From positions 118,737 to 182,736 of the forward strand of contig CAZXTN010000001.1 in NCBI GenBank assembly GCA_964643685.1: a DNA stretch of 64,000 bases, read 5' to 3'. A program made the position numbers and the translations under genes. This DNA is from Candidatus Micrarchaeota archaeon (GTDB lineage: Archaea; B1Sed10-29; JAJRYS01). Positions within the stretch are counted from its first letter, which is position 1; every line of letters starts with the position of its first letter. Below are positions 41,777-50,576 of this stretch, piece after piece. A model generated the notes under the pieces. The model saw nothing but the letters and a program-made list of their open reading frames with translations, did not search any database and had not been told where the DNA came from.

Positions 41777-41794
41777 AAAAAAGGTGGATGAAAG

Positions 41795-42115
41795 ATGAAA
41801 ATAGAAGTAATTGAAGAAAAAGAAAATCCTTTGCTACATAGGAGAGAGATAAAAGCAATTGCAACAGGTTTTGACAAGACACCTTCAAGAGAAGAAGTCA
41901 GAAACCAATTGATTGCAAAACTAGGAGCAGAAAAAGACACTCTTCTTTTAGATGAAATAAAACAAGAATATGGAAAAAAAGAAGCAGTTGTCTTTGTAAA
42001 AATATACGAGTCAAAAGAAAAACTTCTAAGATACGAGCAGAAACACAAGATAAAAAGAAACAAGCTAGAAGAAAAAAAAGAAAACAAAAATGAAGAAGAG
42101 GAGAAAAAGGAGTGA
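41795..42115 (+). CDS. rps24e: ribosomal protein S24e
   Basis: S24e family with K/E tail. Confidence 0.85.
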   Translation: MKIEVIEEKENPLLHRREIKAIATGFDKTPSREEVRNQLIAKLGAEKDTLLLDEIKQEYGKKEAVVFVKIYESKEKLLRYEQKHKIKRNKLEEKKENKNEEEEKKE

Positions 42116-42122
42116 AGATTAA

Positions 42123-42272
42123 ATGGCTAAAAAAGACGCTTATGAAGTGAAAGACGGAAAAATAATAAGAAAAAAACAAAGCTGCCCTAAATGCGGGGAG
42201 GGTGTTTTCCTAGCAGAGCATAAGGACAGGTACCACTGTGGAAAATGCGGTTACACAAGGTGGAAAAATTAA
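42123..42272 (+). CDS. rps27ae: ribosomal protein S27ae (49 aa; below ORF-track cutoff)
   Basis: [25 protein letters not shown] zinc ribbon; canonical position after S24e. Confidence 0.85.
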   Translation: MAKKDAYEVKDGKIIRKKQSCPKCGEGVFLAEHKDRYHCGKCGYTRWKN

Positions 42273-42273
42273 A

Positions 42274-42792
42274 ATGATAAAATCAATCCTCCTTTACGCA
42301 ATAATGCTCGCACTTGCAATTGCAAGCGCTAAAAGAAAAAAAGGAGGAATTGTCAAAAACATTGGATTCAGAAAAACGGAAGTAGTTGAAGAAACAAAAT
42401 ACGCTTTATCAACCCTATTTCTCCTGTTCACTGCTTCATTAATAATCGGGCTTATTTTTTTCAGCATAGGGCTAAGCAAAGACGCTTCAATTGTAAGAAG
42501 CACTTTGAAAGAAATACCCCTGTCAGATATCTTGATAGTGCTGGTAATAGGTTCAATCACAGAAGAAATTTTTTTCAGAGGATACATACAGAAAAAAACA
42601 AACATAACAACAGCTTCTTTTATTTTTGCTTATTTTCACATAATTTACGGTTCATTAACAGAAGTAGTAGGCGCCTTTTTCCTGGGATTAATTCTCGGAT
42701 ACGCGTTTGAAAAAAGGAAAAACTTGTACGCGCCGACACTAGCTCATTTATTGTACAACTTGATAACAGTGTCTATATTAAATATGGTTTAA
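42274..42792 (+). CDS. CPBP-family intramembrane metalloprotease (CAAX protease/Abi)
   Basis: EEIFFRGY and FAYFHI motifs in TM helices. Confidence 0.75.
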   Translation: MIKSILLYAIMLALAIASAKRKKGGIVKNIGFRKTEVVEETKYALSTLFLLFTASLIIGLIFFSIGLSKDASIVRSTLKEIPLSDILIVLVIGSITEEIFFRGYIQKKTNITTASFIFAYFHIIYGSLTEVVGAFFLGLILGYAFEKRKNLYAPTLAHLLYNLITVSILNMV

Positions 42793-42807
42793 GGAAAGTG
42801 AGGGCAG

Positions 42808-43743
42808 ATGATTGTTCTTGGAATTGAAAGCACTGCACATACTTTTGGAGTAGGCATAGTTGATTCAAAAGGCAAAGTGCTTGCTAACCAGAGAAGCATG
42901 TACAAAGCACAACCAGGAAAAGGGATAATTCCAGCAGACGCCGCGTTTCATCATAAAAAACAAGCTCCAATTGTGCTTAAAAAAGCGCTTGAAGAAGCAG
43001 GATTAAGCTTAAGCGAAATTGACAAAGTAGCTGTAGCCATAGGGCCAGGCATACCTCCTACATTATGGGAGGGGATTAATTTTTCAAAAACTCTTGGAAA
43101 AGAGTTGATAGGAGTAAATCACTGCGTAGCGCATATTGAAATAGGAAAATTAACAGGAAAGCTAAAAGACCCTTTAACTCTTTACACTTCAGGTGGAAAC
43201 ACGCAAATCACAGCAAAATTAGGTAACTTGTATAGGGTTTTTGGAGAAACTCTTGACATAGGTGTTGGAAACGCTATTGACAAGTTTGCTAGAAGCAAGG
43301 GGCTTGAGATGCCAGGCGGGCCTAAAGTTGAAAAACTTGCATTAAAAGGAAAAGAGTACATTAACTTGCCTTATACAATCAAGGGCATGGACCTTGCTTT
43401 TTCAGGATTAGTTACTTCAGCTTCTAAGAAAAAAGGAAAACTAGAAGACTTATGTTACTCTTTTCAAGAAACAGCTTTTGCCATGCTTACAGAAGTAACT
43501 GAAAGAGCTCTTGCGCACACTGGGAAAAAAGAAGTTCTCTTAGTAGGAGGAGTTGCTCAGAACAAAAGACTCCAGGAGATGATTAAACAAATGAGCAGAG
43601 AGCATAAGGCAAAATTTCACGTGCCACCAGCAAGCTTATGCGGAGACAATGGGGCAATGATAGCATGGGCAGGAGTAGTTAAAAAAACAAGGGAAGAAAT
43701 AACAGCAAAGCCAAGATGGAGAACAGATGAAGCAAGTTTATAA
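42808..43743 (+). CDS. kae1: tRNA N6-adenosine threonylcarbamoyltransferase Kae1 (KEOPS)
   Basis: Kae1/TsaD ASKHA fold, GIESTAH.. HCVAHIE metal-binding histidines. Confidence 0.85.
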   Translation: MIVLGIESTAHTFGVGIVDSKGKVLANQRSMYKAQPGKGIIPADAAFHHKKQAPIVLKKALEEAGLSLSEIDKVAVAIGPGIPPTLWEGINFSKTLGKELIGVNHCVAHIEIGKLTGKLKDPLTLYTSGGNTQITAKLGNLYRVFGETLDIGVGNAIDKFARSKGLEMPGGPKVEKLALKGKEYINLPYTIKGMDLAFSGLVTSASKKKGKLEDLCYSFQETAFAMLTEVTERALAHTGKKEVLLVGGVAQNKRLQEMIKQMSREHKAKFHVPPASLCGDNGAMIAWAGVVKKTREEITAKPRWRTDEASL

Positions 43744-43755
43744 AAAACAAAAGAG

Positions 43756-44136
43756 TTGAATAAAAACATGAAAACAAATGAAAAAGTATTAATTCTAATG
43801 GCTTCAGCAATAGCGCTCATAATCCTAAGCAGTTTCATAAACTTTCCTTCTCCTGGAAACAAGTTAAAAATAGAAGTGCTGAATCAAAAAGCAGTAAAAT
43901 TAAATACAAACGAAGAAGGGCAATGCAAGTACGTGTTGAACGTGACTATAATAAACAAAGGAAAACAGTTAGATGATGCTATATTTATAGTTAAGATGGT
44001 AAAAGGAGGAGCAGTAGTGGAACAAGATGACTTTGAAACAGGAACAATGAACGAATTAGAAGTGAAGAGCTTTCAAAGGAATTACACAAGAAGCTGCGAC
44101 TACATTGACGAGTTTAACCTGTCTTTTTCAAGATGA
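43756..44136 (+). CDS. hypothetical secreted/membrane-anchored protein
   Basis: N-terminal hydrophobic segment; no recognisable domain. Confidence 0.5.
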   Translation: MNKNMKTNEKVLILMASAIALIILSSFINFPSPGNKLKIEVLNQKAVKLNTNEEGQCKYVLNVTIINKGKQLDDAIFIVKMVKGGAVVEQDDFETGTMNELEVKSFQRNYTRSCDYIDEFNLSFSR

Positions 44137-44146
44137 AAAGAAACGC

Positions 44147-44923
44147 TTAAACTGCTTCTGAAAGAAGATCCTCTTTTGTCAATACAAGAACATCTTCAAA
44201 ACCATGCTCCTTGACATACCCGTACCAGTAAACAACAGCACCAGGTCCATACAACTCCAAATAAGGCTTTAACTGATTCCTGTAATTTTTTCTGATTTCA
44301 CGAATATCTCCGAAACTTGACTTTGATTCAACCCAGTTAATTTTTCTTCCTTTAATTTTAATAGGTTTTTTCAGCAAAAAATCAGGCGTCTTGCTCCTAC
44401 CCAAAGCAATGCTGTCCTTCTCTGTTTCAAAACCAACCCTTTTGCTTTTCAACCACAAGGCAATCTCACTTTCAGCGCTTTTTCCATTCCTCGCCTGGGA
44501 CTCAGAAGAAGCAGGAGAGTAAACAAAATCCTTCTCAATGCACTTTTCAACTTCCCTTTTTACTCTCTTATCTTCAAACAAGGAAGTGTCTTTCAAAGCC
44601 TGCTTTAGAAACTTTTTAGAATAACCAGCTTCATTCAAAATAAAATTAGCCATAAGCACAGGTGGAAAATTATACTTTTTAGACAATTGGTAAATCGTCT
44701 TTCCTTTCTTCCATTCCCTATACAGCTTCTTAGCATCCTTTTTAACAACATAATAACTGCGCAAAGTGTTCCTTGTTATTTTTTTAGCTAAAATGTTAAA
44801 AAGCATGTTAAAAGGAAAACCCATCTTGTTATGCATCAGCTCAACATCGCTTGGGGAATTCAAACGAGAGTAAATGAAATCATACTCATCTTTGGATAAA
44901 ACAACCATAATAAACTTAAACAC
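44147..44923 (-). CDS. TPD-motif (CDIN1/C15orf41-like) predicted PD-(D/E)xK nuclease with N-terminal HTH
   Basis: KTPDFLL...INWVESK gives D-E-K catalytic triad spacing; TPD signature. Confidence 0.55.
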   Translation of the reverse strand: MFKFIMVVLSKDEYDFIYSRLNSPSDVELMHNKMGFPFNMLFNILAKKITRNTLRSYYVVKKDAKKLYREWKKGKTIYQLSKKYNFPPVLMANFILNEAGYSKKFLKQALKDTSLFEDKRVKREVEKCIEKDFVYSPASSESQARNGKSAESEIALWLKSKRVGFETEKDSIALGRSKTPDFLLKKPIKIKGRKINWVESKSSFGDIREIRKNYRNQLKPYLELYGPGAVVYWYGYVKEHGFEDVLVLTKEDLLSEAV

Positions 44924-44943
44924 AAAAAAGTATAATAAGCAAT

Positions 44944-45531
44944 ATGTTGATTTACAAAGGAGCAGAAGCAGACTTAAACAAAATCCATTACCTGGGATTC
45001 AGCGCAGTGGAAAAAAGAAGAAAAAAGAAAAAATACAGAATAAAGCAAATAGACGAAAGAATAAGAAAACAAAGAACAAAACAAGAAGCTTCAATGATGA
45101 TAAAAGCAAGAAAAAAAACAAACACACCCTTCATTTTCAGCATAGACCTTGAAAAAAAATCAATAACAATGGAGTACATTGAAGGCAAAAAAGCAAAAGA
45201 CTTCTTCAACGAAAAAAGCAACGCAAAAATAATGGAAAAAATAGCAGAACAAATAAGAAAAATGCATGACGAAAACATAATACACGGCGACTTGACAACT
45301 TCAAACATAATAATAAAAGAAAAAGAACCTTTCTTCATTGACTTCGGTTTAAGCTACACATCCGGCAAAACAGAAGACAAAGCAGTTGACTTGCTTAATC
45401 TTAAAAAAATGATGAAAGCAACGCACTTCAAAAACTTTGAACATTTATGGAAAGCATTTGAAAAAGGATACAAAGACTCTGAAATTTTCAAAAAAATAAA
45501 AGAAATAGAAGCAAGAGCAAGATACTCCTAG
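44944..45531 (+). CDS. bud32: Bud32/PRPK-like atypical kinase (KEOPS subunit)
   Basis: HGDLTTSNIII catalytic loop, IDFGLS. Confidence 0.8.
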   Translation: MLIYKGAEADLNKIHYLGFSAVEKRRKKKKYRIKQIDERIRKQRTKQEASMMIKARKKTNTPFIFSIDLEKKSITMEYIEGKKAKDFFNEKSNAKIMEKIAEQIRKMHDENIIHGDLTTSNIIIKEKEPFFIDFGLSYTSGKTEDKAVDLLNLKKMMKATHFKNFEHLWKAFEKGYKDSEIFKKIKEIEARARYS

Positions 45532-45536
45532 AAAAA

Positions 45537-45548
45537 CCTTTATAAACC
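45537..45548 (+). promoter_or_regulatory. BRE/TATA-like box CCTTTATAAACC
   Basis: Shared motif; ~40 nt upstream of a 33-aa basic sORF and ~185 nt upstream of rps15. Confidence 0.4.
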
Positions 45549-45731
45549 ACATTATTCAATAAATTAAACGCTGATTATAGTAAAAAAATGAAAATGTTTT
45601 CTAATTCAGCACTTAAAAAACAGCTTACGAGGACAAGCGCCAAAACACGCTTGAACCTGACGCTGGAAAAAAAGAGCAGGAAAAAGTAAGATAAACCAAA
45701 GGCTCTTAAAAATTAAAAGGTGAAAACGCAA

Positions 45732-46190
45732 ATGGCAAGAATGCATAGCAGAAGAAAAGGAAAATCAGGATCCACACACCCAGTCAAAAAAGTAGCACCT
45801 GAATGGGTGCAATACTCAAAAGAAGAGATAAGAGAGATAATCGTAAAAATGTACAAAGAAGGAAAATCAATGTCCTTAATAGGAGTAATTTTAAGAGACC
45901 AGTATGGAATCCCTTCAGTAAAAACGGTAGTAGGAAAATCAATAAAACAGATACTGGCAGAAGAGAAGCTTCTTGGAAAATGGCCAGAGGACTTAATGAA
46001 CCTGATGAAAAAAGCAGTAAGGCTAAGAAAACACTTGGAAGAAAACAAAATGGACAAGCACAACAAAAGAGCACTTCAATTAACAGAATCAAAAATAAGA
46101 AGGCTAGTTAAGTACTACAAGTCAATAAACGTAATTGACAAAAAATGGTATTACAAACCAAAAGAAGCAGCTTTGTTAATCAGGGAATAA
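45732..46190 (+). CDS. rps15: ribosomal protein S15 (S13e)
   Basis: S15/S13e family (MARMHSRRKGKSGS). Confidence 0.9.
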   Translation: MARMHSRRKGKSGSTHPVKKVAPEWVQYSKEEIREIIVKMYKEGKSMSLIGVILRDQYGIPSVKTVVGKSIKQILAEEKLLGKWPEDLMNLMKKAVRLRKHLEENKMDKHNKRALQLTESKIRRLVKYYKSINVIDKKWYYKPKEAALLIRE

Positions 46191-46200
46191 TGGTGATTAA

Positions 46201-46791
46201 ATGGTTAGGAAAATAAAAACTAAAAGGAAAACAACAGACACTTGGAAAAAAAAGCAGTGGTACACAATCAAAAGCCCTAAAGAATGGGAAGAAAAAGACA
46301 TCGCAGAAACACCTGCAAACGATGACAAAAAAATAATAAACAGAGTCGTGAAAGTGCCTTTAAGAGAAATCACAGGAAACATAAAACACCAATTCGTCAA
46401 AATACACTTCAGAGTAAAAGAAGTGAAAGGCTTAACAGCCTACACAGAACTAGATGGATTTGAAATGATAAGAGAAGCCCTGAAAAGAAACGTAAGAAGG
46501 CACAGAAGCTTAATAAGAACAATACAAAAGATAAAAACAAAAGACAACAAAACAATCAGAATAACAGCACACTGCTTCACTGCAAGAAAAACAGAAACAA
46601 CAAAAAAAGACGAAATAAGAAAAATAATGGCTGAAAAACTACAAGCACTAAGCAAAGAAACACTCGACTCACTAACAAGAAAATGCCTGTTTGGACAAAC
46701 AGCTTCAGAAATAGCAAAACAAGCTAAAAAAATAGCACCAATCAAAAGAGTTGAAATAACAAAAGGAAAAGTAATCAGGGAGAAAGAATGA
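46201..46791 (+). CDS. rps3ae: ribosomal protein S3Ae (S1e)
   Basis: S3Ae family. Confidence 0.85.
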   Translation: MVRKIKTKRKTTDTWKKKQWYTIKSPKEWEEKDIAETPANDDKKIINRVVKVPLREITGNIKHQFVKIHFRVKEVKGLTAYTELDGFEMIREALKRNVRRHRSLIRTIQKIKTKDNKTIRITAHCFTARKTETTKKDEIRKIMAEKLQALSKETLDSLTRKCLFGQTASEIAKQAKKIAPIKRVEITKGKVIREKE

Positions 46792-47465
46792 TTGACATAC
46801 AATACGCCCTTCCATTGTTCATAGTGCTCATAAGCCTTGAAAGCAGCTCCTTGAACATGGAAGGAGCAGTGTCAGCCCTCTTAATGGCTTACTTAATCCT
46901 GCTAACCCAAAACGTCTGGTGGTTCTTTTACTTACTAGCATTTTTCATAATAGCCATGCTTGGAACAAAATATGGAGAGAAAAAAAAAGAAAAAAAGAAA
47001 CTAATACAACAAACAAGAGGATCAAAAAACGTAATGGCAAACGGAGGAATAGCTCTTCTCATGGCTTTGCTTGGAGGCCCTTATGCAGTATACGGTTTCG
47101 TCGGCGCACTTGCAGCAGCAACAGCAGACACAACAGGTTCTGAAATAGGAGTGCTTTCAAAAACAAAACCAATAATGATAACAACACTCAAACCAGCAAA
47201 ACCAGGAATAAACGGAGCAATTTCACTAAAAGGAACAATAGCAGCTGCAATTGCTTCCTTTTTAATGGGTTTAATTGCATTGACTCTTACAAGAGACTTT
47301 AACATTATATGGATAACAACAATAGCAGGCATGGCAGGAATGCTTGCAGACTCACTAATAGGAGCAGTGTTTGAAAACAAAGGATATTGGGGCAACTCAA
47401 TCACAAACATGTTCGCTACAACAACAGGAGCAACAGTAGCACTTTTATTAACAACATTAATATAA
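46788..47465 (+). CDS. DUF92/TMEM19-family integral membrane protein
   Basis: ATADTTGSEIG motif; multiple TM segments. Confidence 0.6.
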   Translation: MIDIQYALPLFIVLISLESSSLNMEGAVSALLMAYLILLTQNVWWFFYLLAFFIIAMLGTKYGEKKKEKKKLIQQTRGSKNVMANGGIALLMALLGGPYAVYGFVGALAAATADTTGSEIGVLSKTKPIMITTLKPAKPGINGAISLKGTIAAAIASFLMGLIALTLTRDFNIIWITTIAGMAGMLADSLIGAVFENKGYWGNSITNMFATTTGATVALLLTTLI

Positions 47466-47511
47466 AAAAATATAAATAAAAAACAAAACAATAAAACAAA
47501 AAATAAAAAAA

Positions 47512-47530
47512 AGTCCCGTAGTCTAGTGGC
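47512..47530 (+). repeat. upstream exact copy of tRNA-Gln 5' module (AGTCCCGTAGTCTAGTGGC)
   Basis: 19/19 identity to 47667-47685; followed by three perfect hairpins. Confidence 0.8.
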
Positions 47531-47666
47531 TGCCCCTTTCTTTTTTCGAAAAAAGAAAGTGGTAAGTGTTGCAATTAACGAAGTTAATTGAACCATCAAA
47601 CAATCTTCGATTGTTTGCATGTAGCCCAAAGAAAAAACAGGACTGAGAGAAGTATAAACCAAAAAT

Positions 47667-47920
47667 AGTCCCGTAGTCTAGTGGCCAAGGATTCTGGCCT
47701 TTGGAACGTTTCAACGCCTTCAAAAAAAGGAGTTAAGCGTGGAAACAGCCAGAGACGGCGGTTCGAAACAAAGGGTTACACCCTCTTGACACCTGTCATT
47801 GGGATGCGCTTGCGCTTACCCAATTGTCAATGATAAGGGAAGGGGGGTCAGGAGGACCCTGAAACTGGGGGGGAAACCGCAGGTGTCCCCCGCGGTTCGG
47901 CGAAACTCCGCCCGGGACTA
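47667..47920 (+). tRNA. tRNA-Gln (anticodon TTG) with two introns: canonical 37/38 (47705-47746, 42 nt) and T-loop 59/60 (47768-47906, 139 nt, GC-rich)
   Basis: Acceptor AGTCCCG/CGGGACT+A, D-stem GTCT/GGAT, anticodon stem CTGGC/GCCAG loop CTTTGGA, T-stem GGCGG/CCGCC with spliced T-loop TTCGAAT. Confidence 0.65.
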
Positions 47921-48038
47921 TAACCCATCACTTATTATAAAATCACTAACAGATTTACAAAAAGACCACTAAGCGAAGCGCATGTGGTCTGCGGGGAGAT
48001 CAGAAACTCCCTAGAAATGAGAGGGGCAGCAAGCCCCT

Positions 48039-48068
48039 CGCGTTTCGGAGAAACTCCGCCCGGGACTA
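48039..48068 (+). repeat. downstream near-exact copy of tRNA-Gln 3' module (CGCGTTTCGGAGAAACTCCGCCCGGGACTA)
   Basis: Last 20 nt identical to 47901-47920; 28/30 identical overall with 47891-47920. Confidence 0.8.
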
Positions 48069-48096
48069 CTTAAAAATTCTTTTTTTTGCAAGAAGG

Positions 48097-48837
48097 TTAG
48101 AAGCTAGCTGTTGCTAGTCTCATTCCATTTTCATTAATGTCAATCAAATACTTGGACATTGGAAATCTTGTTGCTATCATTTTTCTAATCATGAGAGTTT
48201 GGTTTAAAGAATCTTGCCCAGGGTTGAAAAACAAGTCAATCACTCCATCAAGTACAAAAGGCTCAACTCCATACTCAGTTAAACCACCTGAAATGCTAGA
48301 AGAACCAGCTGTAGAAGTTTGCCTCTCAGCAACAAACAAAGTAGTACATCCTTTTTCTTTCAAAGAACGTGAAAGGTAATAAAGAAGAGTTCTGAATTTT
48401 GACTTGTTATTAATAGCCTGTGCAAGAGGAGAAAGAGAATCAAAAACAATTCTCTTAGCGCCTATTTCATTAATAACTTTGTTAAGCTGAAGGATAATTT
48501 CAGAATGAAGAGAACGTAATTCAAACTTGTCAAACTCCACAGGGTCATAAGAAGAAAAAATTAACTTGTTCTGCTTCTGTAAACTAACAATATCCCAATT
48601 AAACCTTTCAGCATACCATTGAAAATCTTTTTCATAAGCTTCTACGCTAATCATAAACCCAGGTTCATCGTATAATTTAACGCCGTTGTACAAGTACTGT
48701 AAACTAAAAATAGACTTGCCTACACCAGGAGGACCTGTTAACAAAATAGAAGAAGGACGTGGAAAACCTCCTTCAATCAAGCTATCTAAACCAGGAATGC
48801 CTGTTTTAACCCTATCCATAGCACACTCACAACCCAA
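48097..48837 (-). CDS. RecA-superfamily ATPase, KaiC-like single-domain
   Basis: Walker A TGPPGVGKS, GIPGLDSLIEGGFP N-terminus. Confidence 0.75.
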   Translation of the reverse strand: MGCECAMDRVKTGIPGLDSLIEGGFPRPSSILLTGPPGVGKSIFSLQYLYNGVKLYDEPGFMISVEAYEKDFQWYAERFNWDIVSLQKQNKLIFSSYDPVEFDKFELRSLHSEIILQLNKVINEIGAKRIVFDSLSPLAQAINNKSKFRTLLYYLSRSLKEKGCTTLFVAERQTSTAGSSSISGGLTEYGVEPFVLDGVIDLFFNPGQDSLNQTLMIRKMIATRFPMSKYLIDINENGMRLATASF

Positions 48838-49031
48838 TTAATAAACCTTTTTTTCTTTTCCCAAGTTTTCTTTTTTTTCAAAAGAAAACATTTGAGGTGA
48901 AGCTGATTGAGTTTTCTTTTTTTTATAAAAAAGAAAAGCTGTTTTTACCATATTCATAAAAGAAGAAAACGCAAAAAAGGTTTAAAAAACAATGTATCAC
49001 AAACAACAAAAAATTCAAAACAAAGAAAAAC

Positions 49032-50576
49032 TTAAATTATTTTTTTAATAATTGAAGCATAAGCTGGCCTTGTGATAAACACTCCAACTATAACTCCTAT
49101 TATTGTAGTAATTGCAAATCCTTTCAAGATACCCAAACCCATGAACAATAAAGGAGCCATGGCAAAAGTCAAAGCTCCTGCTGACATGAAAACAATTGAA
49201 AAAGCTTTCTTAATCTTAGAAGCTAAGCTGGCAAGTTTTTCTTCTTCTGTTTCTTTTCTTAAAACCTCATCAACAATAACCACTTGGTCGTCAATACCAG
49301 AGCCGATGGCTCCAATGATGCCTGCAACTGAAGGCAAGTCCATTTGCCAGCCAATTAAAGAAGAAACTCCAAGAACCATTGTAACTTCAAAAATAAGAGT
49401 AATCATAATAGGGACAGTTATCCTGATTTTTCTATATCTAACAAATAGGCAAAGAGCAACCACAAACATGGCAACAATTCCAGCATACAGGCTGTAAGTT
49501 AGGAATTCGCTTCCAAGAGTAGGTGAGATAGTTGAGACACTACCTACGCTTACACTTACAGGCAACTTACCTGATTTCAACAAGATAACAACCCTGTTCA
49601 TTTCATCAGCTGCTTGCTGCTGTGTCTGAGCAGAACCTGTGATAGAAGGACGAGTAACAGGAGTGCCAGAAGCAATTCCAGGAGTAATGTGGACAATGTT
49701 TTCTAAGTTTAAAGCATTGGCAATCCAGTATTTTCCAACCTGTTGCTTTTCAACAACTTTAGAAGCGTCTTTTTTCAAAAGAGCAACTTCCTGTTCAGAG
49801 TAATTGCCATAAGGGATTATAACTTGCTTTCCCTTAACCTTGTTTAAAATACTTCCATCAATTTTATCAGATACAATTAAATGAACTCCTGAGTTGTTTA
49901 CAAGTTCATCAATAGGGATAAGTTCATCACTTAAATCCAAGTCGCTTGGGACATTTCTTTCTTTCTCATACAAGTCATTTGGAATAATGATATAAGCTCC
50001 TTCAGGCCTGTCAATGAACATGTACAGCAATTCAGGACAAGTCTGCGCATTAGGAGTGCTGCATTGTCCAAGCAAAGCATTTGAAAATTCTTCAGAAGCT
50101 TGTGAGGTAATCAAGAAAGGAACGGTCCACCTGTAGCCATAATCACTTGGACGGAAACCATAACCCTGCTGAGGGTCAGTGATAACTGAGACAATATCCT
50201 CCCCTTTCAAAACAACTTTTCCATTGTAAAGAGTTTCAAATTTACCCTGCTGTCCCAGAAGGGATTGAATTTGGTTAATTGCAGCTGGGTCAGTTTCAGC
50301 TATTTCAACAACAATGTAGGAAACGGGATCACCCCATGGCTTGACTGAAACATCCTTTAATCCAAACGCGTTTATCCTATTCTGTAAAACAGTTACTATG
50401 GTTTGAGAATCAACAGTTTCATTAGCTGTTTTATCTAGGTTAACTTGGATAAGAGTGCCTCCACTGAAATCCATTCCATAATCAAGCCCCTTGAAAGCAA
50501 GAGGAAGCACGCCAATAAGAATAAAAGCAGTGAATGCAAAAATAACTTTCTTGTCTTTCATTACTTCTTTAATCAT
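49032..50576 (-). CDS. secD: protein-export membrane protein SecD
   Basis: SecD periplasmic domain + 6 TM C-terminus; overlaps secF by 4 nt. Confidence 0.8.
   Translation of the reverse strand: MIKEVMKDKKVIFAFTAFILIGVLPLAFKGLDYGMDFSGGTLIQVNLDKTANETVDSQTIVTVLQNRINAFGLKDVSVKPWGDPVSYIVVEIAETDPAAINQIQSLLGQQGKFETLYNGKVVLKGEDIVSVITDPQQGYGFRPSDYGYRWTVPFLITSQASEEFSNALLGQCSTPNAQTCPELLYMFIDRPEGAYIIIPNDLYEKERNVPSDLDLSDELIPIDELVNNSGVHLIVSDKIDGSILNKVKGKQVIIPYGNYSEQEVALLKKDASKVVEKQQVGKYWIANALNLENIVHITPGIASGTPVTRPSITGSAQTQQQAADEMNRVVILLKSGKLPVSVSVGSVSTISPTLGSEFLTYSLYAGIVAMFVVALCLFVRYRKIRITVPIMITLIFEVTMVLGVSSLIGWQMDLPSVAGIIGAIGSGIDDQVVIVDEVLRKETEEEKLASLASKIKKAFSIVFMSAGALTFAMAPLLFMGLGILKGFAITTIIGVIVGVFITRPAYASIIKKII

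Noticed and set aside
47984-48068. Independent tRNA in the spacer before the second 3' module
   Set aside because: No 5' acceptor strand or anticodon arm could be assembled; only the 3' module and four unrelated hairpins.
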